64,000 nt of DNA from Nannocystis bainbridge (GCF_028368995.1 NZ_JAQNDL010000002.1:545724-609723); one strand, 5' to 3'; numbered from the stretch's first letter, positions 36,101 to 45,269 are shown. The notes: a model not told the origin generated them from the sequence alone. Numbers and translations: made by a program.

Positions 36101-38478
36101 GCCGCGACACGCTGGCGCCGGTCCATCGCGTGGGGCCGGTGCGGGTGCTGATCGGGGTCGGTGTGTTCGACGGCGACGAGGTGCTGCACGCCAGCATCCA
36201 CGCGCGCCAGTGGCCGCTCACCTGCACCATCGCGCTGCCGCTGGGGACGCAGGTCGTGGAGGGGGTACACTTGCCCGCGACGGGCGACGGTCGCGTGCCA
36301 GTGACGCTGCGGTCGCGCTGGGCGTTCGAGGGGACCGGCGTGTTCACCTGCTCGACGCTGCGGGTGCGGTTCTTCGCGACCGCCGACGGCGATGCGCCGC
36401 TCGACGTGTTCGCCGGCCACACGCTGCGCGGGCGCGACCTCGGCAGCGCCGAGGGCGTGGTGCTGTACATGGAGGGCGAGCCCCAGGGGGCGGAGTTGGG
36501 GCTGCAGCTACGCTCCGACACGCACCTCTTGAGCCCCGACGTGGCCCGCGTCGAGCTCGGGAGCACGCGCGCCGCGCTCGACGTGTACGCGCCGGTCCAC
36601 GAGCCGCCGGCGGTGCCGCAGCCGCTGTCGGCCGCCGATCGGCTCGCTCCCGGCGCCGTCGTGCTGCTCGATCACGAGGACGCGCGTCGACCCCGGACCC
36701 TCGTCACCGTGCATCGCCCGCACGGGGCCACGCGGCGGCTGCGGCTGCGGCTGCGGGGCGGCAAGGTCGATCTGTTCGCGGCCGAGCGGGCCACGCCGGG
36801 CGAGGCGAAGCTGGGGGCCGAGCGGCGGCGCGGCGACGATGTCGCGTGGGAGTACGTGATCCCCGACGAGCGCTTCGACGCCAGGGGCCGCGCGTCGTTC
36901 TGGCTGGCCGGCGCGGCGGTCAGCGGGGCCGCCCGCGACGCCAGCGTGGAGCTGCGCTGGGAGGGCAAGCAGCTCGAGCTGGCCAGCGCGAGGCTGACGG
37001 TGGTGGACGTGACGCTGACGGCCACGGTGCCGGCGACGCGGGCCCGCACCGAGCGAACGGTCTCGCTGCGGCCGGTGACGGTGGGCGCGAATCAATTGCT
37101 GATCGCCCGCGACGGTGAGCGGCGGCGGGCGACCACCGACGATCAGGTGTTCGACGCGGCGCGGATGGGCGCGTCGCGGCTGGCGAAGATCCGGGCGACG
37201 CATCCGTACGCCACGACGGACTTCGACAAGAACCCGCCGCTGGTGCTGATCCGCGGGTCGCTCGGGGACTCGCAGGTCCGCGTCGATCTGGCGATCGCGC
37301 CGGCCGAGCTGGCGCCGGCCGTCGCGTGGGACATCGCGCGCGCGGCCGACGACACCATCGACGAGGCGCCGCCGGTGCTCAACCCGGGGGGCCTGCGCTG
37401 TACGTTCGGCGACGGGGCGACCGGTTCGTTCCACGTGCGGGCGCTGCTCGGCGGACGACCGCTGGCGGTCCTCAACCTCGTGATGGTGGCTGCGACGCTG
37501 CAGCCCGACGGCGACGGCGAGGACGAGCGGTCGCGGGCGGGGGTGGAGATAGCCCGACCGCACGAGATCGACGGGGATTCGATCGACAACGCGATGGCCC
37601 GCGAGTTTGGGCAGCCGCAGATCGTGCGGATCAAGAGCGGTGACTTCGGGGCCCAGCCGTGCGTGCGCCTGCGCGGCAAGGTGCGCCTGATCAGCGGCGG
37701 GCCGAGGGGGCGTCGCGGCCTCGATCAGGTGGCGGCAGGGTGGGTGCAGAACTTGACCCACGTGCTGGTGCGCTCGCGCTACGAGGGCGGGCGGCAGATC
37801 GAGCTGGGCCACGTGCACAACAAGGAGGGCGCGTCGATCCTGCGCCCGTTCATGCCCGGCGCCGACGCAGGGGACAGCTACTTCGTCGGCGCCGACGTCG
37901 CTATCGCGCTCGAGCAGGACGTCGGGGTCGACACGCCGATCCTGGACACGGGCCTCATGGGCCAGGGCGGCGCCGACTCGGTGCTGGGGAACAGCAAGTT
38001 CGAGGAGGTCTGGAACGCCCACGGGTTGGAGCTCCGGGTCGAGGCGCTCGACGCCCCGGCGACCGAGTTCTTCGTCCACTACCCGGGCCAGCCAGAGGCG
38101 CTGCTGACCCGGATCCGCTACGAGCACGACTTCCGCGCCTATCTGTGCGTGTGGACCAATTGCATCGGGGCGGCGGCGTCGAACAAGACCGAGTTCCGCG
38201 CGGCCAGCTACGCCGCCGACCGCTGCGTGGCGGTGCTCCGCCGCGTCGACTGGTCGCTGAAAGGACGCTGGCGGGTCCGCTGGGAGGGGCTCGTCGAGGG
38301 CGAGATCGCCGGGCCGGGCTGGGCGACGAAGATCCGGATCGAGCCGCTCGCGCCGGAGGACGAGCTGCGGGCGGTGCTGGACGCCACGATCGATGAAGCG
38401 AGGCCGGCGCGCGACGCGGGGGTCGAGCTGTACTACCCGACCGAGCTGCAGGTGTTCGCCTGGCAGGGCAGCGAGTGA
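33136..38478 (+). CDS. 1780-aa multidomain protein: N-terminal Ulp1/C48-like cysteine protease, acidic 28-aa tandem repeat, internal snapalysin-like HExxHxxGxxD metzincin motif
   Basis: HYSLLVLDRHTGELLHLDTAN aligns to the Ulp1 motif HWxLxvIDxxxxxIxYxDS. VPKQQSGSNNCGPMV aligns to QQxNGxDCG, giving His-Asp-Gln-Cys order. Repeat EDEPGEPPPVLLDEAPGEIVDDVAE x2. ALVHEFGHMLGIPDEY matches HExxHxxGxxD. There is no signal peptide. Confidence 0.8.
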   Translation: MTRWVDTIDKREVPRQTAGRLTWSDLDDLRTPGRALSEDLVAYAVEDFLGVKQDRVTWVRPILPVPDGALDVDDHAAPRLTCRVLCHGHYSLLVLDRHTGELLHLDTANRNHNNAQAEALVGGGGRITHAAWVPKQQSGSNNCGPMVALMLAAIAGTDGAPANVRRAITGGVSNDAAERLRRALLDHFKPMFVEDDEDDDGALEDEARGEAPRESSGEPPPVLLDEAPGEIVDDVAEEDEPGEPPPVLLDDAPDEIVDDVAEEDEPGEPVAEEIDVVVARAPWLPPAIDYAGFVDLRPVPPVPESSNVHDVPRSEHAAEVRSTHARSRLQLEALYLEDADGQRSRAYRYPADVDHAAPAEDQRFAFRVDDPAPQSIRWRIRHAKPLRRGVLELFVAGRAEPVWSRALSAEELRTSPGGERSDGSTVEGGLAWTGSFAGGAPADGRVRAGESPYKLKLTIFSKTGAVVAKRQAWTYFDVPYQHKYALLSYVPSTEFGCFGVRFDPARARLDVFIDAMFAFLPVTPVEAAWDPGRKAEIVANYPRRIHADWSGHYDLSCDGVRAAPVIVLSGRHVQDLPAMEGTDNPLSVEPALVRRMDRDSLHFFAWFRDGIGRSGLMLHPLSASVNLFAPSAFDEDQASMMLSSPTIREDLQRAQRSVLEALREDAGFAATGARIEVLDEGRPDARPRIVLPFASRVEELDPATHRVALDRLVTVLNAIRGELNTDVPVFVTGCMKRSERSKLLRRQHHDRERAAHVSAYLRREGGLAAPAYPEGATARQMVAGRGYVVQAKDGQIREQGGVEIEIGYTDDAEYSQVMVGRTAYCALVHEFGHMLGIPDEYMTYEFDTSTCSIASSQPRLREMCLDKGIAAPEFPREGANLFHAALMSAGVRFYERYYLTIAEAVEKATTLAMGAPRRWDIGANETVAEATDEAFHQRYDHFGLIEALHRARRAVQRHEVAPVRLLASIRRKILRTVAGARIAYLRVVSRDTLAPVHRVGPVRVLIGVGVFDGDEVLHASIHARQWPLTCTIALPLGTQVVEGVHLPATGDGRVPVTLRSRWAFEGTGVFTCSTLRVRFFATADGDAPLDVFAGHTLRGRDLGSAEGVVLYMEGEPQGAELGLQLRSDTHLLSPDVARVELGSTRAALDVYAPVHEPPAVPQPLSAADRLAPGAVVLLDHEDARRPRTLVTVHRPHGATRRLRLRLRGGKVDLFAAERATPGEAKLGAERRRGDDVAWEYVIPDERFDARGRASFWLAGAAVSGAARDASVELRWEGKQLELASARLTVVDVTLTATVPATRARTERTVSLRPVTVGANQLLIARDGERRRATTDDQVFDAARMGASRLAKIRATHPYATTDFDKNPPLVLIRGSLGDSQVRVDLAIAPAELAPAVAWDIARAADDTIDEAPPVLNPGGLRCTFGDGATGSFHVRALLGGRPLAVLNLVMVAATLQPDGDGEDERSRAGVEIARPHEIDGDSIDNAMAREFGQPQIVRIKSGDFGAQPCVRLRGKVRLISGGPRGRRGLDQVAAGWVQNLTHVLVRSRYEGGRQIELGHVHNKEGASILRPFMPGADAGDSYFVGADVAIALEQDVGVDTPILDTGLMGQGGADSVLGNSKFEEVWNAHGLELRVEALDAPATEFFVHYPGQPEALLTRIRYEHDFRAYLCVWTNCIGAAASNKTEFRAASYAADRCVAVLRRVDWSLKGRWRVRWEGLVEGEIAGPGWATKIRIEPLAPEDELRAVLDATIDEARPARDAGVELYYPTELQVFAWQGSE

Positions 38479-38572
38479 ACGACATGTCTCATGGGACATG
38501 CCTACAATGACATATCGTGAATGACATGTCGTGGAGAGCATGTCCACAAGGACATGCTCTTCGGGGCAGCCT
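38478..38572 (+). repeat. cluster of GACATGTC-type hairpin elements between convergent genes
   Basis: gacatgtctcatgggacatgcc ... atgacatatcgtgaatgacatgtcgtggagagcatgtccacaaggacatgctcttcgggg. Confidence 0.8.
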
Positions 38573-38575
38573 CGC

Positions 38576-39340
38576 TCAGGCCGACAGCTGGGCGCCGTCG
38601 AGCGCGAGCGAGTGGCCGGTGATGAACGAGGCGTCGTCGCTGGACAGCCAGGCGATGGCGCGGCCGACCTCGTCGGCGCGGCCGGGGCGGCCCATCGGGA
38701 TGGCGGCGATCACGGGCTCCATCACGGCGGGGAAGTGAGCGAGGGCGCTGTCGACCATCGGCGTGCCGGTGATGGCGGTGGGGGCGACGCAGTTGACGCG
38801 GATGTTCTGCCTGGCGTGGCCGAGGGCGGCCGAGCGGGTGATGCCGAGCACGGCGTGCTTGGTGGCGACGTAGGCGGAGCCGGTGGGGGTGCCGACGTGC
38901 GAGAGGATCGAGGCGACGTTGACGATGCTGCCGCCGCCGCCCTGGGCGACCATCTGCCGCAGCTGGTGCTTCATGCCGAGCAGGGTGCCGCGGACGTTGA
39001 CGGCCATCATGCGATCGAAGGCGTCGCCGTCGACGTCGGTGACGGGGCCGAAGTCCTCGCAGACGCCGGCCGAGTTGACGGCGCAGTCGAGCCGACCATA
39101 GGCGGCGACGGTGGCGGCGACGCCGGCGACGATGTCTTGCTCGACGGTGACGTCGAGGGTGATGAACATCGCGGCCGCGCCGCGGGCCCGCAGCTGCTCG
39201 GCGACCTCCTCGCCCTCGGCCCGGCGCCGGGCGGCGATCACGACTTTGGCCCCGGCGTCGGCGAAGGCGAAGGCGGTCGCCTTGCCGATGCCCGAATTGC
39301 CCCCGATGATCAGCGCGACCCTGTCTCGCAACGATTGCAT
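38576..39340 (-). CDS. short-chain dehydrogenase/reductase (SDR)
   Basis: IIGGNSGIGKA (TGxxxGxG), NSAG, and YVATKHAV (YxxxK). Start at MQSLRDRVALII. Confidence 0.85.
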   Translation of the reverse strand: MQSLRDRVALIIGGNSGIGKATAFAFADAGAKVVIAARRRAEGEEVAEQLRARGAAAMFITLDVTVEQDIVAGVAATVAAYGRLDCAVNSAGVCEDFGPVTDVDGDAFDRMMAVNVRGTLLGMKHQLRQMVAQGGGGSIVNVASILSHVGTPTGSAYVATKHAVLGITRSAALGHARQNIRVNCVAPTAITGTPMVDSALAHFPAVMEPVIAAIPMGRPGRADEVGRAIAWLSSDDASFITGHSLALDGAQLSA

Positions 39341-39469
39341 GCGGCGTTGTCCTCCCGGCCGAGGATAACCGGAGGCGAGCGCGTGGCGGCGGTGCGCGGG
39401 CTGGGCGAGCTCTCGCGGCGGTTCGGTGGACGGCGTCACGCGGGCCGGGGAGGCGCCGCGAGGGCGAGT

Positions 39470-41317
39470 TCACGGCGCGGGCACGGGCTCGGCCCCGAGG
39501 TCGCGGGCGAGGTCGGCGAGCTCGCCGATGGGGACCTGCAGGGCGGGCAGGCGGGTGATGTCGGTCCGCGCGGCCTGGGCGATGGTCTCGCTGGCGCGCA
39601 TGACGAGGCCGCCGTGGGGATCGGCGACCACGGTGTAGCCGGCCTTGCGCAGGCGGGTGAGGCGAGCCTGGGCCGAGGGCGAGAGGTCGGTGGCGGTGAT
39701 GCGCAGGGAGGGCACGCGGCCGGGCCAGATGGCGGCGAGGTAGGCGGTGATCCGCGGGGGGTAGACGACGCCGCCGGCTGTCTTTTCGTTCAGGTGAACG
39801 TCGACCAGAGCGGGGTAGCCGCTGACGTCGCAGCGCACGGCGCCGTGGAGGTGGCTGGTCCACATGGCCTCGGGGCTGACAGGCGCGGGCCACAGGCCGT
39901 CGAACCACGCGGCGATGGCGTCGTAGCTGGGCAGGCGCTGGCCGCCGAGGGCGTCGCCGAGGCGCTGGACCTCGGCGCCGAACCGCTCGCCGCGCTCCTC
40001 ACGACGCAGGCGCAGGAAGATCGCAAGCACGGCGATCGCCGCGGCGAGGTACCACAGGCCGAACAGCAGCAGGCCGCCGCAGACGATGGCGACGAACAGC
40101 AGGCCGAGGCCGCCGCCCTGGACCTGCTGCTGGCGCCGCTCGTCGGCGTGGCGGGCCAGGAGGGCGCGGCGGGCCACGGCGAGGGCGCTGGCGGGGATCC
40201 GCCCCTCGGGCTCGGGTTCGGCGGCGTCGGGCCGGTCGGGGAGGATCGAGCGGACGGCGGCGAAGAGGGCGTGGGTGGCGACGGCGGGCTGGCCGTCGGC
40301 AGGCTCGCGCACGGCGGCGACGAGCAGCGGGGCCTCGGCCAGGCCGCCGGGCGGAGGGGCGAGCGCCGCGGTCTGGGCGGGCGCGCTCTGGCTGGCGCCA
40401 GGGCGGTTGTAGAGGATGGAGAGCAGCGAGGAGTTCGAGGGGTTGATCGCGGCGCCGGGGAGGGTGTCGCTGGCGCTGGTGCGAGCGGTCGGGTCGCGCG
40501 CGAGGCTGGCCCCGAAGACAGGTGCGTCGGCGGGCGCGGGCAGCGGGCCGGACAGGACGGCGGGGTCGAGGCGGGCGGCGGGATCGGGATCGGTGTCGGG
40601 GCCGGAGATGTCCGCAGGGACAGGTGGGGGCGGGAGGCCGGCGGGCAGGGTCTGCGCGGCGATGGGGATGTCCGCGGGGACAGGTTGGATGTCCGCGGGG
40701 ACAGGTGAGATGTCCACGAGGACAGGTGAATACGAGCTGTCTGCGGGGACATGTGAGATGTCCGCGGGGACATGTGAGATGTCCTCGGGGACAGGTGCGT
40801 CGGCGGCAGCACGTTCGCGGACGGCGTGCTCGGCGGCGGCGGGCCGGGGGCCGGGCGGGCGGCCGGGGCGTGAGCCGGGCTGGACGGCGGCGGCCGGGCC
40901 CTGCAGGGTGTCGCCGGGGTGGGGCGGGGCTTCGCCGGCGAGGTCGATGTCCTTGAGGACAGGTCGCACCGGGGCGGGGTCGGCAGGGGCGGGGGCGGGG
41001 CCGATCGAGAGCAGGGTGGTCGGCGGGACGGGCGCGGCGAGCAGGCTGGCGGCGAGCCCGGGCTGGTGGCGCACGCGGACCGGCGCGGCGAACTCGAGGT
41101 CGGGATCAGGGCTGTCTTTGGGGACAGGTGACCCCTGGACCAGGTCGCGCACGGCCTGCTGGATGGCCCGCTCGTAGAGGGCGAGGGCGTCGGCGACGGC
41201 CGGCGGCAGCCCATGCGATCGAGCGCACGCGGGGCAGTCAGCGGCGCCGCGGATGTCGTCGAGCGAGAGCGCGTGCTGACAGTGCGGGCAGCGCAACGCG
41301 AGGGTCGGAGAGAGCAC
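39470..41317 (-). CDS. zinc-ribbon / Pro-rich linker / single-TM / C-terminal domain protein
   Basis: CPHCQHALSLDDIRGAADCPACARSH (CxxC...CxxC), TM LGLLFVAIVCGGLLLFGLWYLAAAIAVLAIF. The linker contains PEDISHVPADISHVPADSSY, encoded by the hairpin repeats at 40600-40810. Confidence 0.65.
   Translation of the reverse strand: MLSPTLALRCPHCQHALSLDDIRGAADCPACARSHGLPPAVADALALYERAIQQAVRDLVQGSPVPKDSPDPDLEFAAPVRVRHQPGLAASLLAAPVPPTTLLSIGPAPAPADPAPVRPVLKDIDLAGEAPPHPGDTLQGPAAAVQPGSRPGRPPGPRPAAAEHAVRERAAADAPVPEDISHVPADISHVPADSSYSPVLVDISPVPADIQPVPADIPIAAQTLPAGLPPPPVPADISGPDTDPDPAARLDPAVLSGPLPAPADAPVFGASLARDPTARTSASDTLPGAAINPSNSSLLSILYNRPGASQSAPAQTAALAPPPGGLAEAPLLVAAVREPADGQPAVATHALFAAVRSILPDRPDAAEPEPEGRIPASALAVARRALLARHADERRQQQVQGGGLGLLFVAIVCGGLLLFGLWYLAAAIAVLAIFLRLRREERGERFGAEVQRLGDALGGQRLPSYDAIAAWFDGLWPAPVSPEAMWTSHLHGAVRCDVSGYPALVDVHLNEKTAGGVVYPPRITAYLAAIWPGRVPSLRITATDLSPSAQARLTRLRKAGYTVVADPHGGLVMRASETIAQAARTDITRLPALQVPIGELADLARDLGAEPVPAP
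40600..40810 (+). repeat. tandem hairpin units GAGATGTCC-NCGGG-GACAKGT (~19 bp, about 8 copies) embedded in frame in a coding linker
   Basis: ggatgtccgcggggacaggtgagatgtccacgaggacaggtgaa...ggggacatgtgagatgtccgcggggacatgtgagatgtcctcggggacaggtg. Confidence 0.85.
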
Positions 41318-41695
41318 GGCGCGACGATACCGCAGAACGCGGGGGCGGGGCCTGTCCGGCGGACGCGAGCGTGGGCGCGCAGACGGGCGCGGCGCGGCCG
41401 ACGAGGCGGCGGGCTGGTCGAGCGCGGCAGATGTCGCGTGCGCGAGGTCCGGGATCGACCACGGCGAGGCAAGGTGACGAGATCGTCAGGATGCAGCGAC
41501 GCGGGGAGATGGCTCGGTGAGGTGCAGTCGCGGTCGGTCGAGTCGCCGGCGCATGATGTCGAGTACGCGAGCACGGGCCAGGCCGAGGCGGTGAACGAGC
41601 AGGGACGAGGGAGTGCATGCGTCCGCGCGACCGGCAGACCCGCATGGGCTTCACGGGCCCCGCTCCCGGGTGCGCGGGCCATCGGGTCGCTGTCG

Positions 41696-41818
41696 CCATG
41701 GGCGAGCGAGAGCGGTCGTTCGGGACGGCGCGGCGAGAGCGATGTTTTGGAAACCTCGACCGGGCGCGGAGGCCATGGGCGAGCGAGGGCGGTCGTTCGG
41801 GACGGCGCGGCGAGAGCG
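41696..41818 (+). repeat. 45-bp direct repeat x2 (77-bp period) in the 700-bp leader of the M16 peptidase gene
   Basis: catgggcgagcgagagcggtcgttcgggacggcgcggcgagagcg and catgggcgagcgagggcggtcgttcgggacggcgcggcgagagcg. Confidence 0.8.
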
Positions 41819-42038
41819 GGGTCAGGTTCAAAAAAACACGACCGGGGGCGGGGGCCGGTGCGGGCGAGATCGGCGGAACGAAGGTCAGGGCCCGGGAATG
41901 CGGGCCGAGGGCGCGGCAGTCGGGGCCCGCGCTCGGGCGCGGAACGGCGGCTCCGGGCCGTTTTGGCGGTGTCTGGGGCGCTTGCGGCTGGGTCCGCCGG
42001 ACGCGCGGGCGAGGATGCGCGCGGCGGCGAGTCGCGGT

Positions 42039-44792
42039 ATGAGGAGGCGCCGCGCGCGACCGCGGGCGGCGAGCTTTACCGTGCCCGATCTGCCCGTCTC
42101 GCCTCCCTCGCCCCGCGGCCTCGCCCTTCCGGGGGCCGCCACTTCCTTCGCGCCGCTCGTCGACGAGCGGCTGGCCAACGGCGCCCGCCTGCTGATCCTG
42201 CCGGGCCGCCCGACCGGCTCCGGGCCGGCGGCGGTGCAGCTATGGGTCGGCTCGGGCACGGCGGCCGAGCGCCCGGACGAGCACGGCTGCGCCCACCTGC
42301 TCGAGCACATGCTCTTCAAGCCATGTGCTTTGGGACATGGCCCAAAGAGCATCCGCGCGCGCCTGGCCGCGGCCGGGCTGCGGCGCGCCGAGGAGGCGCT
42401 CGACCTGGCGGGGGCGATCGAGGCGCTCGGCGGCGACATCAACGCGTTCACCAGCCACGACGAGACGGTGGTGCACGTGACGGCGCCGGCGGCCCGCGCG
42501 GCCGAGGCGGCGGCGATCATCTCGGCGGCGGCGCTGTTCCCGACGCTGGACCCGGCCACGCTGGCGCAGGAGCGCGAGGTGGTGATCGAGGAGATCAAGC
42601 AGTACGACGACGATCCGGGCCAGCGGGTGACGCAGGCGGCGCTGTCGCGGGTGTACGGGGCGCACGCGTACGCGCGGCCGGTGCTGGGGCTCGAGGCGGA
42701 GGTCGCGGGGCACACGGCGGCGCGGCTGCGTGGGTATCACCGGCGGGCTTACGCGGGTGAGCGGCTGACGCTGGTGGCGGTCGGGCCGGTCGACGTGGCG
42801 GCGCTGCGCAAGGTGGCGCGGGCGATCGTCGGGGCGGTGCCGGCAGCCAAGGCGCGCGCGTCGGCGGGCGAGCCGGGGGTCAAGCCGGGGGTGACGCTGC
42901 GCCGGGCCGAGGTCCAGGAGACCTACGCGCTGCTGGCCTGGCCGGCGCCGGAGGCCGGGGCGGCGGAGGCGGCGGCGATCGACGCGGCGTCAGTGGTGCT
43001 CGGCAACGGCGAGTCGTCGCGCCTGGTCGCCGAGACTCGGCGCAAAGACCAGGTCGTCTCGGACATCCAGGCCCACTGCGACTCGCTGCGCCACGGCGGG
43101 ACGGTGATGGTGTCGGCGCGCACGACCGCGAAGCAGACGACGGCGGCGGTGACGGCGGTGCTGGCCCAGGTGCGGCGGCTGGCGGACGCGGCGGTGTCGG
43201 CGGAGGAGCTGGCGCGGGCCAAGGCGATCCTCGAGAGCGACCTGGTCTATCGGCGCGAGACGGTGCAGGGCCAGGCGCACGCGCTCGGGGCCTGCGCGAC
43301 GCTGTTCGGCGATCTGGCCCGCGAGCGCGAGTACTACGCGGCCCTGGCGGCGCTGACCCCCGAGGCGGTCCGCTCGGCCTGCGCGCGCTGGCTCGACCCG
43401 GCGCGCGCGTGCGTCAGCCTCGAGCTGCCGCGCGCGGAGGTGGATGTAGCGACGGCCAAATCCCTGAAGGCCGCCGTGAGCGAGGCGCTGAAGCCGGCGC
43501 CGGCGCGGGCGCGCGGCGGGGTGACGCCGAAGCGGGCCAGCGACGGGATCGAGACGGTGACGCTGTCGAGCGGGCTGCGCCTGCTGGCGCGGGTCGAGCC
43601 GGCGGTGCCGGTGGCGGCGGGCTGGCTGATCTGGCCGGGCGGGCTGCGGCGCGAGCCGGCGGCGCTGGCCGGGGCGAACTCGCAGATCGCGGCGCTGCTG
43701 ACCCGCGGCAACGCGCGCACCAGCGGCGAGGCGCTGAGCCAGGCGATCGACGGCATGGCGGCGGGGCTCGACGGGTTCGCCGGCCGCAACAGTCTGGGCC
43801 TGCATTTCGAGTGCCTGGCGCGCCACTTCCCGGCGGTGCTCGGGCACGCGCTCGATTGCGCGACGACGCCGAAGTTCGCGGCCGAGGAGCTCGAGGAGGA
43901 GCGCCGGGTGGCGCTGCAAGACCTGGCGTCCGAGGTCGACGATCCGGGCCAGGTGGCCAGCCGCGGGCTGGCCGCGATCCTCTACGGCGAGCACCCGTTC
44001 AGCCGCCCGGGCCGCGGGACGCCGGCGGGGCTGCGGGCGCTGACGCCGGCCAAGCTGCGCGGGCTGTGGCGCCGCGACTACCCGATCGGGCAGGCGGTGC
44101 TGGCCCTGGCCGGCGACATCGACGTGGCGGCGGCGGCGGCCCAGGTCGAGGCGGCGCTGCGCGAGGCTGGCCTTCAGGACAGGCTGTCCTCGGGGCCAGG
44201 TGCGCTCAAGAAGTTCGGCGCGCCGACCGGGCCGCGCGAGCGCGAGATCTTCCAGGACCGCGAGCAGGCCCACATCGCCCTCGGGTGGCCGGGGATCGCT
44301 GTCGGCGATCCGCGCGAGCCGACGCTCGACGTGCTCAGCGCGGTGCTCGGCGGGCAGACCGGGCGGCTGTTCACGGCGCTGCGCGAGGTCCAGGGGCTGG
44401 TGTACGAGGTGTCGATGAGCAGCGTCGAGGGCCTCGACGCCGGCCACGTGGCGATCCACGCGTCGACGAGCCAGGACAAGCTGCCGAAGGCGCTGGCCGC
44501 GATCGCGGCGGAGGTCGAGCGCGCGATGCGAGAGCCGCCGACGGCGGCGGAGGTCGAGCGCGCCAAGGCGTGGCTGGTCGGCCAGTTCGAGCTGGGGCAG
44601 CAGCGCCGCAGCCGGATGGCGTCGCTGCTGGCGCTGTCCGAGGTCTACGGGCTGCCGCGCGCGCGGGCGTTCGCGTACCCGCAGCGGGTGGGGGCGGTGA
44701 CGACAGACGGGGTGTGGGCATTGGCCCGGACGCTGTTCCGCCCGCAATGGGCGGCGCGCTGCGTGGTCCGGGCGCGCCGGCGCAAGGGCTGA
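42039..44792 (+). CDS. two-unit M16-family (pitrilysin/insulinase-like) zinc peptidase
   Basis: Inverted zincin motif HGCAHLLEHMLFK (HxxEH), N-terminal FAPLVDERLANGARLLILPG, and a second inactive M16 repeat downstream. Alternative in-frame starts at 42015 and 41613. Confidence 0.8.
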   Translation: MRRRRARPRAASFTVPDLPVSPPSPRGLALPGAATSFAPLVDERLANGARLLILPGRPTGSGPAAVQLWVGSGTAAERPDEHGCAHLLEHMLFKPCALGHGPKSIRARLAAAGLRRAEEALDLAGAIEALGGDINAFTSHDETVVHVTAPAARAAEAAAIISAAALFPTLDPATLAQEREVVIEEIKQYDDDPGQRVTQAALSRVYGAHAYARPVLGLEAEVAGHTAARLRGYHRRAYAGERLTLVAVGPVDVAALRKVARAIVGAVPAAKARASAGEPGVKPGVTLRRAEVQETYALLAWPAPEAGAAEAAAIDAASVVLGNGESSRLVAETRRKDQVVSDIQAHCDSLRHGGTVMVSARTTAKQTTAAVTAVLAQVRRLADAAVSAEELARAKAILESDLVYRRETVQGQAHALGACATLFGDLAREREYYAALAALTPEAVRSACARWLDPARACVSLELPRAEVDVATAKSLKAAVSEALKPAPARARGGVTPKRASDGIETVTLSSGLRLLARVEPAVPVAAGWLIWPGGLRREPAALAGANSQIAALLTRGNARTSGEALSQAIDGMAAGLDGFAGRNSLGLHFECLARHFPAVLGHALDCATTPKFAAEELEEERRVALQDLASEVDDPGQVASRGLAAILYGEHPFSRPGRGTPAGLRALTPAKLRGLWRRDYPIGQAVLALAGDIDVAAAAAQVEAALREAGLQDRLSSGPGALKKFGAPTGPREREIFQDREQAHIALGWPGIAVGDPREPTLDVLSAVLGGQTGRLFTALREVQGLVYEVSMSSVEGLDAGHVAIHASTSQDKLPKALAAIAAEVERAMREPPTAAEVERAKAWLVGQFELGQQRRSRMASLLALSEVYGLPRARAFAYPQRVGAVTTDGVWALARTLFRPQWAARCVVRARRRKG

Positions 44793-44799
44793 GAGGCCA

Positions 44800-45060
44800 G
44801 GGTGAGGGGCCTGTCCTTCGGGACAGGCGGGGCGCGGTGCGGACGGGGGCATGGGATGTCCCGAAGGACATGTCCTTCGGGATGAGACGCGGCGACGCTG
44901 GTGAGAGCGCGGGATGTCCCGGAGGACATGCTCTTGGGGACATTGTCAATAGTCACCGGCGTGGGATGTCCCGGAGGACATGTCCCTCAAGACATGCACG
45001 GGCCGGCGAGTCCGTGGTGGCGCGCGGACAAGCATGTCCCTCAGGACATGTCCTCAGGGC
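44800..45060 (+). repeat. BIME-like cluster of palindromic elements (core GGACATGTCC; 24-bp perfect palindrome TCCCGAAGGACATGTCCTTCGGGA)
   Basis: ggcctgtccttcgggacagg; gggatgtcccgaaggacatgtccttcgggatg; gggatgtcccggaggacatgctcttggggacat; gggatgtcccggaggacatgtccctcaagacatg; gcatgtccctcaggacatgtcctcagg. Confidence 0.9.
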
Positions 45061-45269
45061 CAGTCGTCGAGATCGAGGCCGCGGGACAGCTCGGGGTCGT
45101 CGGCCAGGAGGTCGCGCAGGGTCGCCTCGCGCAGGCCGAGGGCGCGGGCGCCGGCGCTCACGCTGGCCTGGGCGGCGAGCACGGCCCGGACCTCGCGGCG
45201 GAAGGCGAGCGGGTCGGTGCGGCGCAGGGCCAGCAGCAGCGGTTCACGAGGCTCGGCGGGCAAGGTCAC
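45054..45269 (-). CDS. possible small Fis-like HTH protein (71 aa)
   Basis: LAAQASVSAGARALGLREATLRDLLADDPEL resembles a Fis-type HTH. It could be a GC-driven spurious ORF. Confidence 0.25.
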   Translation of the reverse strand: MTLPAEPREPLLLALRRTDPLAFRREVRAVLAAQASVSAGARALGLREATLRDLLADDPELSRGLDLDDWP

